A stretch of 64,000 bases of DNA, taken from contig CAWDVE010000016.1 of assembly GCA_963805625.1 (NCBI GenBank), positions 224,001-288,000 on the forward strand. Reading direction: 5' to 3'. Positions 1-10,073 of this stretch are shown one piece after another. Below the pieces are notes generated by a model. It made no database searches. It had not been told where the DNA came from and saw nothing but the letters and a program-made list of their open reading frames with translations. Position 1 is the first letter of the stretch. Each line of letters starts with the position of its first letter. The stretch comes from an uncultured Candidatus Rokubacteria bacterium (GTDB taxonomy: Bacteria; Methylomirabilota; Methylomirabilia; Rokubacteriales; DASRDR01). Both the position numbers and the translations under genes were made by a program.

Positions 1-1031
1 TCGTAGAGGAGGCCCGCGCCCGAGCGCTCGACGTGGCCCCGGAGCACGGGGGAGCGCGTGGTCGCCAGGACCGGGGTGCCCTGCGACCACGCCTCGAGGA
101 TCACGAAGGAGAAGCTCTCGTGCGACGAGGGCATCACGAGCGCCGTCGCCCCGGCAATCGCATCGTGCTTCTCGGCCTCGGGGCGGAAACCGAGGGCGCG
201 CACGGCTGGATGGCGTGGGACCTTCAGCGCGACCGTTCCCATGAGGACCAGCGTCGCCGGCTCGGCGGCTCGCTCGCGCCAGGCGAGGAACGCGTCGACG
301 AGCGCCCGGCAGCCCTTCTCGACGTCCACTCGGCCGACGTAGAGGAAGTAGGGGCCTTCGAGCCCGTGCTGGCGCCGGAACCGCGCCGCGTCGGCGTCCG
401 TGACCGGGTCGATCCCTGCGCCGATGACCGCGGACGGGAGATGCTCCGTGTGGAAGCGCCCTTCGACGAAGGCCCGCTCCTCCTCCACCTGGAAGATCAG
501 GCCGCGCGGGATCCGGAAGAGACTCCGGAAGAGGTCGAGGTAGATCGGCCGCTCGTCGTGGGCGGTCGGCACGAGGACGGCTTTGTGGGCGACCAGCGGC
601 AGACCGAGCGTCGTCGGGAGGTAGAGGTACGTGTAGAAGAGGAAGCCGTCGTGATCGTCGGCGTGGGCGCGGATCCACTCGACCAGGAGCGGCGTCAGCG
701 GGCCTTGTCGCCGGACCCACTCCGCCTCGTCGAAGAACGTGTGCGGCGTGGCATAGAGCCAGTCCGCGTAGCGGCCGAACGCGCGCACGCGGCGCGGACG
801 GTCCACGGGGAAGCGGCGGATGCGGACGCCGTTGACCGTCTCCATGCCCGGTGGGTAGACGTTCCGCCAGGTGAGGTAGTCCCGCGCGCAGGTGGTCAGC
901 ACCTCGACGTCGTGGTGGGGCGCGAGCACCTCCGCGACGCGCCGGCACTCGTACTCGGCCCCCCCGTCGATCTCCGGGCCGTAGCGCTGCACCACGAAGG
1001 CGAGCCGGAGCCGGGTCCGCGGATCTATCAC
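1..1031 (-). CDS. GT4 family glycosyltransferase (runs off left edge)
   Basis: Manual minus-strand translation from GTG 1031 (overlapping upstream TGA): MIDPRTRLRLAFVVQRYGPEIDGGAEYECRRVAEVLAPHHDVEVLTTCARDYLTW; paralogous to the GTs at 2119 and 3305. Absent from the ORF track because there is no stop in the window. Confidence 0.85.
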   Translation of the reverse strand, partial: MIDPRTRLRLAFVVQRYGPEIDGGAEYECRRVAEVLAPHHDVEVLTTCARDYLTWRNVYPPGMETVNGVRIRRFPVDRPRRVRAFGRYADWLYATPHTFFDEAEWVRRQGPLTPLLVEWIRAHADDHDGFLFYTYLYLPTTLGLPLVAHKAVLVPTAHDERPIYLDLFRSLFRIPRGLIFQVEEERAFVEGRFHTEHLPSAVIGAGIDPVTDADAARFRRQHGLEGPYFLYVGRVDVEKGCRALVDAFLAWRERAAEPATLVLMGTVALKVPRHPAVRALGFRPEAEKHDAIAGATALVMPSSHESFSFVILEAWSQGTPVLATTRSPVLRGHVERSGAGLLY

Positions 1032-2122
1032 CGGAGCGCCTCCGCGCTGGCCAGGGTCTCGAGGTGCTCGCGCAAGGTGGCCCCGATCGTGTCGGCGTCG
1101 AACGCCCGGAGCCGGGCGCGCTGCCCGGCGACGACGGCGGCGCGAACCGCCGGGTCGTGGACGACCCGGTGGACCAGCTCGGCAATTGCCGGGAAGTCCT
1201 TCTCCTGGACCAGGAGCCCGGCGTCGCCCATCGTGCCCGGGACGCCGGCGGCGGCGTACGCGACCACGGGCACGTCGAAGTGCATGGCCTCGAGGAGTGG
1301 CACGCAGAAGCCCTCGTGCTCGGAGAGGCAGAGGTAGGCCGACGCGAGGCGGTAGTGGGTGCAGAGCTCCGCCTGCGACACGGTACCGGCGAACACCACG
1401 TGGTCGAGAAGGCCCAGCTCCGCGCAGAGCTTCTGGCAGCCGGCGAGGTAGGTCTCGGTGTCCACCGCCGAGCCGACGACGATCAGCCGGCTCTCCGAGT
1501 CGAGCCGCCGGTAGAAGTAGTACGCCTTGATGAGGTCCTCCACGCGCTTGTTCGGGGCGAGACGACCCACGAACAAGAGGTTCGTCCCGCGCCCGTACGC
1601 TTCCTCGAGCGCCCGCACCGGGGGAAGGGCGTACTGCTCCCAGTCGACCAGGATCGGCAAGACCCCGGTTCGCCGGAAGCCCGCGCTCTCGAGCTCCTGT
1701 CGGTTGAACTCCGAGACGCCGAGGGCGAGCTCGGTCACGCTCCGGAGCCGCGCGAGCTCCCAGCGCCCGCGTCGGCAGCGGTCCGCGACGCGCGCGTTGA
1801 CCCCGACGAAGTACTCGGGCGGGGTGATGTTGTGGTAGACGATGGCGCGCCGGTCTGGCAGGCCCGCGAAGAAGCTGGTGACCTCCGAGCCGATCGAGAA
1901 GTGGAAGAGCACCACCGTGTCGGGCGAGGACACCGCCCGGTACGTCGTGTAGAAGTGGGCGTCCTTCAGGAGGCTCATGTGACGGTACTGCGCGTACACG
2001 TCGGAGGCATAGCCCCAGCTTCGGAGGAGCCGGCGGAGAGCCCGGACGTGGTTCCCGATGGCATCCCCCACGTCGAAGTTCGACACCAACTGGTGGACGG
2101 CCCGGAAGGGCGGGCGCGTCAC
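1028..2122 (-). CDS. GT4 family glycosyltransferase
   Basis: C-terminal part of ORF 1028..3244; GDAIGN, YHNITP, FVGRLAPNK and SEHEGFCVPLLEAM (EX7E) motifs; GTG start overlaps upstream stop. Confidence 0.9.
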   Translation of the reverse strand: MTRPPFRAVHQLVSNFDVGDAIGNHVRALRRLLRSWGYASDVYAQYRHMSLLKDAHFYTTYRAVSSPDTVVLFHFSIGSEVTSFFAGLPDRRAIVYHNITPPEYFVGVNARVADRCRRGRWELARLRSVTELALGVSEFNRQELESAGFRRTGVLPILVDWEQYALPPVRALEEAYGRGTNLLFVGRLAPNKRVEDLIKAYYFYRRLDSESRLIVVGSAVDTETYLAGCQKLCAELGLLDHVVFAGTVSQAELCTHYRLASAYLCLSEHEGFCVPLLEAMHFDVPVVAYAAAGVPGTMGDAGLLVQEKDFPAIAELVHRVVHDPAVRAAVVAGQRARLRAFDADTIGATLREHLETLASAEALR

Positions 2123-3312
2123 GGGAGCCGCGCTCCCACCCGGCGGAGGACGGCCACGTAGTTGTCCGTGACCCGGTCCCATGTGTAGTTGGCGAGGACG
2201 TACACGCGCCCGGCCTCGCCCATCCGCTGGCGGAGGGCCTCGTCCCGGGCCAGGAGCTCCAGCGCCTCGACGAACTCGAAGTAGTCCTCGAAGAAGAGGC
2301 CCCCGTTCGACGCGAGGCAGTGGTCGCGCGTCACGGCGCACCGCCCGTGGACGAGCGAGGGGGCGCCGGCCAGCCACGCCTCCATCATGACGAGCGAGAA
2401 GCTCTCGAGGAGCGACGGCTGGCAGAGCGCTAAGGCGGCCGCGTAGGCGTCCGCCTTGTCCTGCAGGGGAATGAACCCGAGGTCGAGGATGTCGGCGGAC
2501 AGGCGCCCCGGGATGCGCACGCCCCCCGAGCCGATCAGCACGAGCTTCAATCGGCTCCCGGGATGCGTGAGCTTGTAGCGGGCGAAGTACTCGACCAGGA
2601 GCGGCGTGTTCTTCTCCGCCGCCTTCCGGCCGGCGTAGAGGATGAAGGGGTCGAGCACCCGGTGCGTTCGCCGGAACCGGGCACCGTCGCCCGGCGGCGG
2701 GGCGTCGACGCCCTCGCCGACCAGGTGGAAGCGCTCCGCGCCGGCGCCGGCCAGGCTCTCCGCCAGCGCGCGTTCCGCGGGCACGTGGAAGCAGACGGCG
2801 CGGACCGCGCGCAGGATGCGGCGCGTCCACTTCAGCTGGGCGAACGGCTCGTCGTGGAGGCACGGGATCAGGAGCGAGCGCTCCGGCGCCACCAGCGCGC
2901 CCTCCCAGGTGGTGCCGAAGCAGTACGGGATGAACGCATACCAGTACCGGTCGCGCTCGCCGCCCAGGTACGCGTAGAGGTCGTTCGAGTTGACCGATTC
3001 CCGGACGAAGTCCTCTTCCTCGAACGAGGTGAGCGTCCCGCCGTGGTTCAAGCGCCACTGGAGCCTGCCGTACCGCTCGGGGTCGCGCGGCCGGACCTTG
3101 AAGCGGCGCACGACGAAGCCGTCCTCCTCGGTCACGCCGTCCGGGTGGTGATCGGCCCAGGGCGACGCGTGGTCGCGCGCGCAGGTCGTGAGGATCTCGA
3201 CGGGGACGCCCCGATCCCGGAGCGCCCGCGCCGTGGCGCGGCACTCGGCCTCGGCGCCGCCCGGGATGTCCCGCCCGTACCAGGGAGTGACGAAGGCGAG
3301 GGTGTCAGGCAA
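2119..3312 (-). CDS. GT4 family glycosyltransferase
   Basis: PWYG..PGGAE, LTTCA, YAGRKAAEKN, PSLLESFSLVMMEAW. Confidence 0.9.
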   Translation of the reverse strand: MPDTLAFVTPWYGRDIPGGAEAECRATARALRDRGVPVEILTTCARDHASPWADHHPDGVTEEDGFVVRRFKVRPRDPERYGRLQWRLNHGGTLTSFEEEDFVRESVNSNDLYAYLGGERDRYWYAFIPYCFGTTWEGALVAPERSLLIPCLHDEPFAQLKWTRRILRAVRAVCFHVPAERALAESLAGAGAERFHLVGEGVDAPPPGDGARFRRTHRVLDPFILYAGRKAAEKNTPLLVEYFARYKLTHPGSRLKLVLIGSGGVRIPGRLSADILDLGFIPLQDKADAYAAALALCQPSLLESFSLVMMEAWLAGAPSLVHGRCAVTRDHCLASNGGLFFEDYFEFVEALELLARDEALRQRMGEAGRVYVLANYTWDRVTDNYVAVLRRVGARLP

Positions 3313-4552
3313 CGAGGCGCTCCAGGGTCTCGTGAAGGCGTGCGGTCACCGCAGGCCAGCTGTACGTGGCCTCGACGTAGGCCCGGCCCTGGTCGGCGAG
3401 ACGACGTCGCCGCTCGGGGTCCTCGAGGAGGAGGTCGAGCGCCTCGGCGAACTCGTAGAAGTCCTCGAAGGCGAGGCCGCCTCCGGAGCTCAGGACGTGG
3501 TGTGTCGTGACCGCGCAGCGCGCGTTGACGAGGACCGGCGTTCTCGCGAGCCAGGCTTCCATCAGGACGATCGAGAAGGACTCGTTGACGGATGGCTGGC
3601 ACACCAGCGTGGCGGCCGCGTAGGCCGCCGCCTTGGCGGCGGCGTCGAGGTAGCCCAGGTCCCGCACCCCCGGGGTGCCCGGCGGCACGGTGACCGGGCC
3701 GTCGCCGGCGAGCACGAGCGTCAGGTCGGAGCCCCGGACGGCGCGGTAGCGGAGGGCGTACTCGATGAGAAGCGGGACGTTCTTGCCCGTCTCCTTCCGG
3801 CCGAGGTAGAAGAGCAGCGGCCCCTCGAGACCGTGGCGCCGGCGCAGCGGCGCCGGGTCGGCGGGCGACGGCGGATCGAACCCGAGGCCTACGACGCCGG
3901 CCGGGCGGTCGCCGATCCCATAGAGCTTCTCGGCCAGCGCGGCCTCGGGCGGCGAGTTGAAGATGAAGCCCCGGCAGGCCTGGAACGCCTCCCGGACGAC
4001 GCCGAGGTGGGCGAACGGCTCGTCGTGAAGGCACGGGATCAGGACAGCCCGTCCGGGGACGAGCGGCACGCCGCGGAGCGTCGTTCCGAAGAGGTACGGG
4101 GCGAAGCACACGAGGTCGTAGTCACCCTGTCGACGGGTGAGGTGGTCGAAGAGCTCCGTGCTCCCCACGGACTCCTCCACCCAGCGGGCCTCCTCCTTCG
4201 GGCGGAGCCGCGAGCCCCGCAGGATGCGCTGCTGGAGCCAGGCGTGCCGGCGCGTGTCGCGGAGCCGCACCGGGAAGCGGCGGACCATCACGCCCGCCTC
4301 GCGGCTCGCGCCGGCGGGGAGCACGTTCTTCCACGAGAGGTGATCCCGCGCGCAGGTCGTCAGCACCTCGACGGCGCTGCCGGAGGCGGCGAGGTGCTCG
4401 GCGAGTCCGCGGACGAGCGTCTCGGCGCCCCCGACCATGTCGGCGCCGTAGCGAGGCACGACGAACGCGAGCCGGGGCCCGCGGCCTGGCGTCGCGCGCC
4501 CGGCGTCGCGCACGGCGGGCGTCGGGCGCGCCCACCCGAGGAGCCGTCTCAC
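3305..4552 (-). CDS. GT4 family glycosyltransferase
   Basis: FVVPRYGADMVGGAE, YLGRKETGKN, PSVNESFSIVLMEAW; start uncertain (GTG overlapping upstream stop). Confidence 0.88.
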   Translation of the reverse strand: MRRLLGWARPTPAVRDAGRATPGRGPRLAFVVPRYGADMVGGAETLVRGLAEHLAASGSAVEVLTTCARDHLSWKNVLPAGASREAGVMVRRFPVRLRDTRRHAWLQQRILRGSRLRPKEEARWVEESVGSTELFDHLTRRQGDYDLVCFAPYLFGTTLRGVPLVPGRAVLIPCLHDEPFAHLGVVREAFQACRGFIFNSPPEAALAEKLYGIGDRPAGVVGLGFDPPSPADPAPLRRRHGLEGPLLFYLGRKETGKNVPLLIEYALRYRAVRGSDLTLVLAGDGPVTVPPGTPGVRDLGYLDAAAKAAAYAAATLVCQPSVNESFSIVLMEAWLARTPVLVNARCAVTTHHVLSSGGGLAFEDFYEFAEALDLLLEDPERRRRLADQGRAYVEATYSWPAVTARLHETLERLVA

Positions 4553-5889
4553 GGGCGCCGCCCGATCACGGCGTAGTCCTGCGCGCCCCACAGGAGCTGG
4601 TTCAGGCGCTCGAAGTTGTCGTTGATCTGGCTCAGGAAGACTTCTTCGTAGCGGCGCATGTACCAGAAAGGCTCGAGCCGCTGGAGCTTCCCGTCGGGCG
4701 GCACCGGGTTCACGTACCGGATCTCGACGTCCCGGAACCCCGCGGCCTCCAGCACGAAGCGCGCCGCCTCGGGATGGATGGGCTTCAGATGCGAGAGGTC
4801 GACGTAGAACGCGCCGGAGAAGATGGTGAGGCACGCCGGGTTCGGCGTCTCGCAGAGCAGCACCCCGCCCGGCCGGAGCTTCCGGTGGGCCAGCCGCACG
4901 AGGGCGATCAGCGCCTCGGGCGGGATGTGCTCGATCACCTGGGCCGAGAAGATGCCGCCGAGCCCGCCGTCCGGTTCCGCGTCCAGGTAGGCGATCGCGT
5001 CCGCCTGCTCGGCGGCCAGGCCGGCCTCCCGGCACCGCGCCACCATCGCCGCGTCGACGTCGATGCCGCGGGCCTCGATGCCCGCCTCGCGGCACAGCTC
5101 GAGGAACTCACCCCGCCCGCACCCCACGTCGAGCACGTGGCCCGCACCGGTGAAGAGATCGAGGTAGGCGCGCTGGCGGTGACGGATCTCCTCGCGAGTC
5201 CCGCGGTGCCGATCCTCGAACTGAACGTAGGTGGTCGCGGGGAGCGCGCCAAGGCCCGACGGCACCGCCGGTGGGGGCGCGAGCTCCACCCCCGGGGCGC
5301 GCAGGCGCAGGCGCTCCATCTTGCTCCGGAGATCCTCCATGCGGGCCGTGAGGTCGCCGAGACGCTCGGCGACCTCACGCTCCTTCCGCTGACGCTCCCC
5401 GTGCTCGACCGTCAGTCGCTCCTGGAGGTCGAGGGACAGGTCCTCGTGCCGGCGGGTGAGGGTGGCCAGACCGTCACGAACCGGCAGGACGAAGGCGTTG
5501 AGGAGGTGGAGGAGGGCGCTGTTGAACTCGACCTGGCGGGCGAGGATCAGTGTGATGTATGGCCGGGTGACGCGCCGGAGGAGCTTCTTCGCTGCGACGA
5601 TGACCGCGCCGACCCCCGCGCGGTGGGACGCGATGACGGGCTCGGCGGCAGTGTCCCACCCGTCGTTGAGCTGCTCCAGGTGCTCCTCCAGTTCGTCCTG
5701 GAATGTCGGCGCGCTCTCCGCGAGCTCGATCTCCATCTGGGTGATGCGCCGGACCTCGTCCTCGGAGTAGAAGCCGGAGGCTCGCCGCTCCTGCACTCGC
5801 GTCTTGATCTCCTCCATGAGCCGGCCCGCGTCCACCGTTCCCTCGCTCGCGCGGCTGTCTTGCTGATGGCCCTCGGCCTGTGCGCTCAC
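4549..5889 (-). CDS. Class I SAM-dependent methyltransferase with N-terminal coiled coil (putative glycan chain-terminating methyltransferase)
   Basis: VLDVGCGRGEF motif I, QVIEH, ETPNP; heptad-like Glu/Leu/Arg-rich segment; lies directly downstream of wzt; AGGAG RBS before GTG 5889. Confidence 0.82.
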   Translation of the reverse strand: MSAQAEGHQQDSRASEGTVDAGRLMEEIKTRVQERRASGFYSEDEVRRITQMEIELAESAPTFQDELEEHLEQLNDGWDTAAEPVIASHRAGVGAVIVAAKKLLRRVTRPYITLILARQVEFNSALLHLLNAFVLPVRDGLATLTRRHEDLSLDLQERLTVEHGERQRKEREVAERLGDLTARMEDLRSKMERLRLRAPGVELAPPPAVPSGLGALPATTYVQFEDRHRGTREEIRHRQRAYLDLFTGAGHVLDVGCGRGEFLELCREAGIEARGIDVDAAMVARCREAGLAAEQADAIAYLDAEPDGGLGGIFSAQVIEHIPPEALIALVRLAHRKLRPGGVLLCETPNPACLTIFSGAFYVDLSHLKPIHPEAARFVLEAAGFRDVEIRYVNPVPPDGKLQRLEPFWYMRRYEEVFLSQINDNFERLNQLLWGAQDYAVIGRRP

Positions 5890-5986
5890 GAGGCCACTCC
5901 TGGCGAGCGAGTGTTCGGCGGACGGCCTCCAGCCTGTGGCGGACGGACCTGATCGGACGACCTTCGGCCTGTGGCGGCCTGTGGGC

Positions 5987-7315
5987 TCACGCTTCGTCTC
6001 CTCCGCCGTGGTGGAGCCGCCACCGGTGGGCGAGCCGCGCCACGCCCGTGTCGCGCACCCGGGAGCGCACGGCAAAGGCGTAGAAACGGCTGTGGTAGTC
6101 GTAGGGGTGGCCGTCGCGTGCGTGGACGGCCACGTCGAGGAGGTACTCTCCCTCGACCAGATCGAGTCGTTCGATCTGCATGGTGACCACGCCCTCGCCG
6201 TCGACCTTCCCGAACGCGAGTCCCTCCACCGCGGTGTTGGTCCCGTAGCAGCAGACCCCGTCCTTGCGGAAGACGCCGACGCCGAACACGGGATCCTCGA
6301 CCGGCCGATGCGCGCGGAAGGTGAGCTGGACGGCGCAGGGCTCCCCGGTCTCGAAGAGGTACCGCTCGTGACCGTCCCCGCCGGTGAGCTGGACGCGGAT
6401 CAGCTCGACCTCCCGGCTTCCCCAGCGCGCGGCGGTGCCCGTCCGGGCGAGCGCCTCGGCCTGCGAGTGCTCCACGCCGAGCGCCCGAGCTTCCTCGCGC
6501 GCTACGTGGTCCAGGTAGCGGCCCACGACCTCCCGGGTCTCGCCGTGCGCCTGGAGTTGCCCCCGGTCGAGCCACACCGTCTCGTCGCAGAGACGCTCGA
6601 TGCTGCCGAGGTCGTGGGAGACGAGCACGATCGTCTTCCCGCGCGCCTTGAACTCCTGAATCTTGCCCACGCACCGGTGCTGGAAGGCTTCGTCGCCGAC
6701 GGCCAGCACCTCGTCGATCAGAAGGATGTCCGGGTCCACCGTGACCGCGATCGCGAAGCCGAGCCGCATGTACATCCCCGACGAATAGGTCTTGACGGGG
6801 CTGTCGACAAAGGTCTCGAGCCCGGCGAAGCCGACGATCTCGTCGAACCGCGCGCGGATCTCCGCGCGGGAGAGGCCGAGCAGGACGCCGTTGATGTAGA
6901 TGTTCTCGCGCCCGGTGAACTCCGGATGGAAGCCGGCGCCGAGCTCGATCAGGGCGGACACCCGCCCGCACACGGAGACCTGACCGGCGGTCGGCTTGAG
7001 GATGCCCCCGAGCACCTTGAGCAGCGTGGACTTGCCGGAACCGTTCGAGCCGATGATTCCGACCATGCGCCCGCGGCCGAGGTCGAGGCTCACGTCCCGA
7101 AGCGCCCAGAGCTCCTCGCCCGAGAAGAGCCCGGGCCCGCCGTGCCCGACGAAGAGGCGGACGAAGAGGTCCTTCACGGTGGAGACCTGGCGCCCCCGAT
7201 AGAGCCGGAAGCGCTTCGAGACGTCCCGGAGGGAGATCGCGACGTCCTTCGGCGCTGGCGGCGCTGGCGGCGCTGGCGGCGCTGGCGGTGCCGGGCGCGC
7301 GGGGGTCCCGGTCAC
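5987..7315 (-). CDS. wzt: Polysaccharide ABC exporter ATP-binding protein with C-terminal Wzt_C-like domain
   Basis: Walker A GSNGSGKST, YSSGMYMRLGF signature, DEVLAVGD; C-terminal RWGS...GTNT...G.Y.LDVA extension. Confidence 0.92.
   Translation of the reverse strand: MTGTPARPAPPAPPAPPAPPAPKDVAISLRDVSKRFRLYRGRQVSTVKDLFVRLFVGHGGPGLFSGEELWALRDVSLDLGRGRMVGIIGSNGSGKSTLLKVLGGILKPTAGQVSVCGRVSALIELGAGFHPEFTGRENIYINGVLLGLSRAEIRARFDEIVGFAGLETFVDSPVKTYSSGMYMRLGFAIAVTVDPDILLIDEVLAVGDEAFQHRCVGKIQEFKARGKTIVLVSHDLGSIERLCDETVWLDRGQLQAHGETREVVGRYLDHVAREEARALGVEHSQAEALARTGTAARWGSREVELIRVQLTGGDGHERYLFETGEPCAVQLTFRAHRPVEDPVFGVGVFRKDGVCCYGTNTAVEGLAFGKVDGEGVVTMQIERLDLVEGEYLLDVAVHARDGHPYDYHSRFYAFAVRSRVRDTGVARLAHRWRLHHGGGDEA
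7251..7286. repeat. 9-bp tandem repeat (GGCGCTGGC)x4 encoding a Pro/Ala linker at the Wzt N-terminus
   Basis: Four exact copies read directly from the sequence. Confidence 0.9.
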
Positions 7316-7319
7316 GGCG

Positions 7320-8126
7320 TCAGATCTCCTCGGCCAGGCTGTCGCGGAGGCGGTCGAACACCCACCAGCCACCGACCAGCGCGAGAGCCGCGCAGACGCT
7401 CACGGTTCCGAGGTGGATCCAGTGCGGCTCGCGGCCGAAGAAGAAGATGTTCTGGTAGCTCTGAACGAGCCCCGCGATCGGGTTCAAGAAGTAGAGCGGC
7501 CGGAGCGGCACGACCAGAGTCTCGCTCAGGTGGAGCGTCGTCGGCACGGTGGACACCGGATAGAGGATCGGCGTCAGGAAGAACAGCAGCGTCAGGCCGT
7601 TCGTCAGGATCTGCTCCACGTCCCGGAGATGGACGTTGAGCGCCGCCAGCGCCAGCGCGAGACCGGTGGTGAGGAGGAGCTGGAGGATGAGGAGCAGCGG
7701 CAGGAACAGCAGCACCGCGTGCGGGCGGATGCCAAAGACCAGGAGGAACCCGAAGAGGAGGGGAAGCGACAGCAGCATGTTGATCAGGTTCGCGAGGACG
7801 GAGACCAGCGGAAGCACCTCCGCCGGGAACAGGATCCGCTTGACCAACGTCCCCGAGGCTACGATGACGCCGGCGGCGTGACCGAGCGAGGACGAGAACC
7901 ACAGCCAGGGGAGGAGCCCGGAGAACAGGAACACCGCGTACCCCTCCATCGGCACCCGGAGGTAGATCGAGAACACGAGGGCGTACACCAGCATCAGGAG
8001 CAGCGGGTTCAGGAACGACCAGAGGAAGCCGAGGAAAGAGCCGCGGTAACGCGCCCGGAGCTCCCGCAGGACGAGCGTCCCGATCAGGGCGCGATGTCGG
8101 TACAGATCGGCGAGGTGTCCTACCAT
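7320..8126 (-). CDS. wzm: Polysaccharide ABC exporter permease
   Basis: ELRARYRGSFLGFLWSFLNPL, RDVEQ, TPILYP, LNP motifs; multiple TM helices. Confidence 0.93.
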   Translation of the reverse strand: MVGHLADLYRHRALIGTLVLRELRARYRGSFLGFLWSFLNPLLLMLVYALVFSIYLRVPMEGYAVFLFSGLLPWLWFSSSLGHAAGVIVASGTLVKRILFPAEVLPLVSVLANLINMLLSLPLLFGFLLVFGIRPHAVLLFLPLLLILQLLLTTGLALALAALNVHLRDVEQILTNGLTLLFFLTPILYPVSTVPTTLHLSETLVVPLRPLYFLNPIAGLVQSYQNIFFFGREPHWIHLGTVSVCAALALVGGWWVFDRLRDSLAEEI

Positions 8127-8162
8127 ACCTTCAATCTCACAATCTCACCGCCGGGCGTCCGG

Positions 8163-9107
8163 TCAGACCCGCCGGCGCCAATCGTCCAGCACGTCCTCGA
8201 GGCTCTGTCGGAACGAGATGGTGGGAGCCCAGCCCGTGAGCGCCCGGAGCCGGCTCGCATCCCCCATGAGGAGCGGGAGGTCGATGGGGCGAACGCGCGC
8301 GGCGACCTGGCGCACCTCGATTGGGCGCGCGGCGTACCCGAGGAACCCGTCGATCACCTCTTGGATCGACAGGGCCTTGCCCGAAGCGGCGTTGTAAGTC
8401 CTCCCGGGATCGCCTCGGGCCAGCAAGAGCCAGTACGCCCGCACCATGTCGCGGACGTCCGTGAAATCGCGCTGCGTCGTGGTGGTACCGACCTCGAGGA
8501 TCGCCGGCCCACGCCCCCGCTCGATCTCGGCGATCTGCCGGGCGACGTCGCTCCAGACGAAGCCGAGCCCCTGCCGGGGGCCGACGTGGTTGAAGGCGCG
8601 GACGATCACCAGCGGCAGCCCCTCTGAGCGGGCGTAGTACCCCGCGTAGAGCTCCTGAGAGGCCTTCGACAGCGCGTAGGGCGACCCCGGGGCCCAGCGG
8701 CGAGTTTCGGGGATCGGCTGCTCGGACTCGGGGACCACCCCGTAGACCTCGCCCGAGGAGACCATGAGGCAGGGAATCGGATGACGGCGCAGCCCCTCGC
8801 AGATCTGGTACGTGGCCTCGAGGTTCGTCCGGAGGACGTCTGCGCGAAGCGCCCACGAGGTGCCGACCACCGAGGCGCCCGCCAGGTGGAATACGCGGTC
8901 CGGGCGCATCGCTCGCAACACGTTGCCCGCGGCCCCGGGCTCCGTCAGGTCGCAGGCGACGGTGGTCACGTCCTTCTGCACCGCCGCCAGGTTGTCGGTC
9001 GGCGCGCCGGGCAGAACCGTGCCTACCACCTCCGCGCCCTCCCGCAGAGCCAGCTCCGCGAGGTGGCTCCCGGCGAAGCCCGCGATGCCGGTGATCAGGA
9101 CCTTCAC
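8163..9107 (-). CDS. NAD-dependent GDP-sugar SDR (Rmd/Gmd-like; possibly GDP-4-keto-6-deoxy-D-mannose reductase)
   Basis: ITGIAGFAGSHL, HLAG, SSGEVYG, SPYALSK, RAFNHVGPRQ, RDFTDVRD. Confidence 0.8.
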   Translation of the reverse strand: MKVLITGIAGFAGSHLAELALREGAEVVGTVLPGAPTDNLAAVQKDVTTVACDLTEPGAAGNVLRAMRPDRVFHLAGASVVGTSWALRADVLRTNLEATYQICEGLRRHPIPCLMVSSGEVYGVVPESEQPIPETRRWAPGSPYALSKASQELYAGYYARSEGLPLVIVRAFNHVGPRQGLGFVWSDVARQIAEIERGRGPAILEVGTTTTQRDFTDVRDMVRAYWLLLARGDPGRTYNAASGKALSIQEVIDGFLGYAARPIEVRQVAARVRPIDLPLLMGDASRLRALTGWAPTISFRQSLEDVLDDWRRRV

Positions 9108-9119
9108 GGCAGGCGCAGC

Positions 9120-10073
9120 CTAGACGCGCCTTCGCCAGTGCTCGAGGAGGTCCTTGAGCGTGACCTCGAACGGGATCGTGGGCTCCCAGCCCGTGACGCT
9201 CCGGAACTTCGAGTAGTCACCGACGAGAAGGGGGACGTCGGACGGCCGCATCCGGGCGGGGTCCTCCCGCACTGTGACCGTCACGTGGGTGAGGCCGAGG
9301 AGGATGTCCAGCACCTGGCGCGCCGAATAGCCCCGCCCCGAGCAGATGTTGTAGACCTCCCCGGGGGCGCCGTGCTCGAGCGCCAGCCAGTAGGCCCGGA
9401 CCATGTCGCGCACGTCCGTGAAGTCCCGGACCGAGTCGAGGTTGCCCACCCGGACGTCGGGCTCGCGGACGCCCTTCTCGATCTCGGCGACCTGCCGGGA
9501 GAAGTTCGAGGTGACGAATACCTCGCCCCGCCGCGGGCCCGTGTGGTTGAACCCGCGCGTCCGGACCACGTGGAGCTGGTAGCTCTTCCAGTACTGGTAG
9601 GCCAGAAGATCCTGGGTCACCTTGGACACGGCGTAGGGGGAGAGCGGCCTGAGCGGGCTGTCCTCCCGGATCGGGACCTCGTGGGGCAGGACCAGTCCGT
9701 ACTCCTCGCTCGATCCGGCAATGTGGACGCGTGCGGGCAGCTCGAGATCGCGCATCGCCTCGAAGAGATTCACCTGGCCCATCACGTTGCCGTTCAAGGT
9801 CTCGCCGGGCGCCAGCCACGACGTGGGCACGTAGCTTTGGGCGGCCAGGTGGAAGATCCGGTCCGGGCGCACGTCGCGGAGCACGTGTCGGACGGCGCCT
9901 GCATCGCGCAGGTCGCACTCGACTCGCCGCACCCGGTCCCCGAGGTGCTCGACGTTCTCCAGGCGGCTCCGCCAACGGTGCATTCCGAAAACCTCGACGT
10001 CGCCGCGGGCGACAAGGTAGTCGGCCAGGTGGCTGCCTACGAAACCGGTGAATCCCGTGATGAGGACGCGCAT
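9120..10073 (-). CDS. GDP-mannose 4,6-dehydratase-like SDR
   Basis: ITGFTGFVGSHL, HLAAQSYVPTSW, GSSEEYG, SPYAVSK, FNHTGPRRGEVFVTS, GNLDSVRD. Confidence 0.82.
   Translation of the reverse strand: MRVLITGFTGFVGSHLADYLVARGDVEVFGMHRWRSRLENVEHLGDRVRRVECDLRDAGAVRHVLRDVRPDRIFHLAAQSYVPTSWLAPGETLNGNVMGQVNLFEAMRDLELPARVHIAGSSEEYGLVLPHEVPIREDSPLRPLSPYAVSKVTQDLLAYQYWKSYQLHVVRTRGFNHTGPRRGEVFVTSNFSRQVAEIEKGVREPDVRVGNLDSVRDFTDVRDMVRAYWLALEHGAPGEVYNICSGRGYSARQVLDILLGLTHVTVTVREDPARMRPSDVPLLVGDYSKFRSVTGWEPTIPFEVTLKDLLEHWRRRV

Noticed and set aside
8130-8160. CAATCTCA tandem duplication and GGCGGTGAG resembling ops/JUMPStart before wzm
   Set aside because: Does not match GGCGGTAG, is mid-operon, and has only two short copies.
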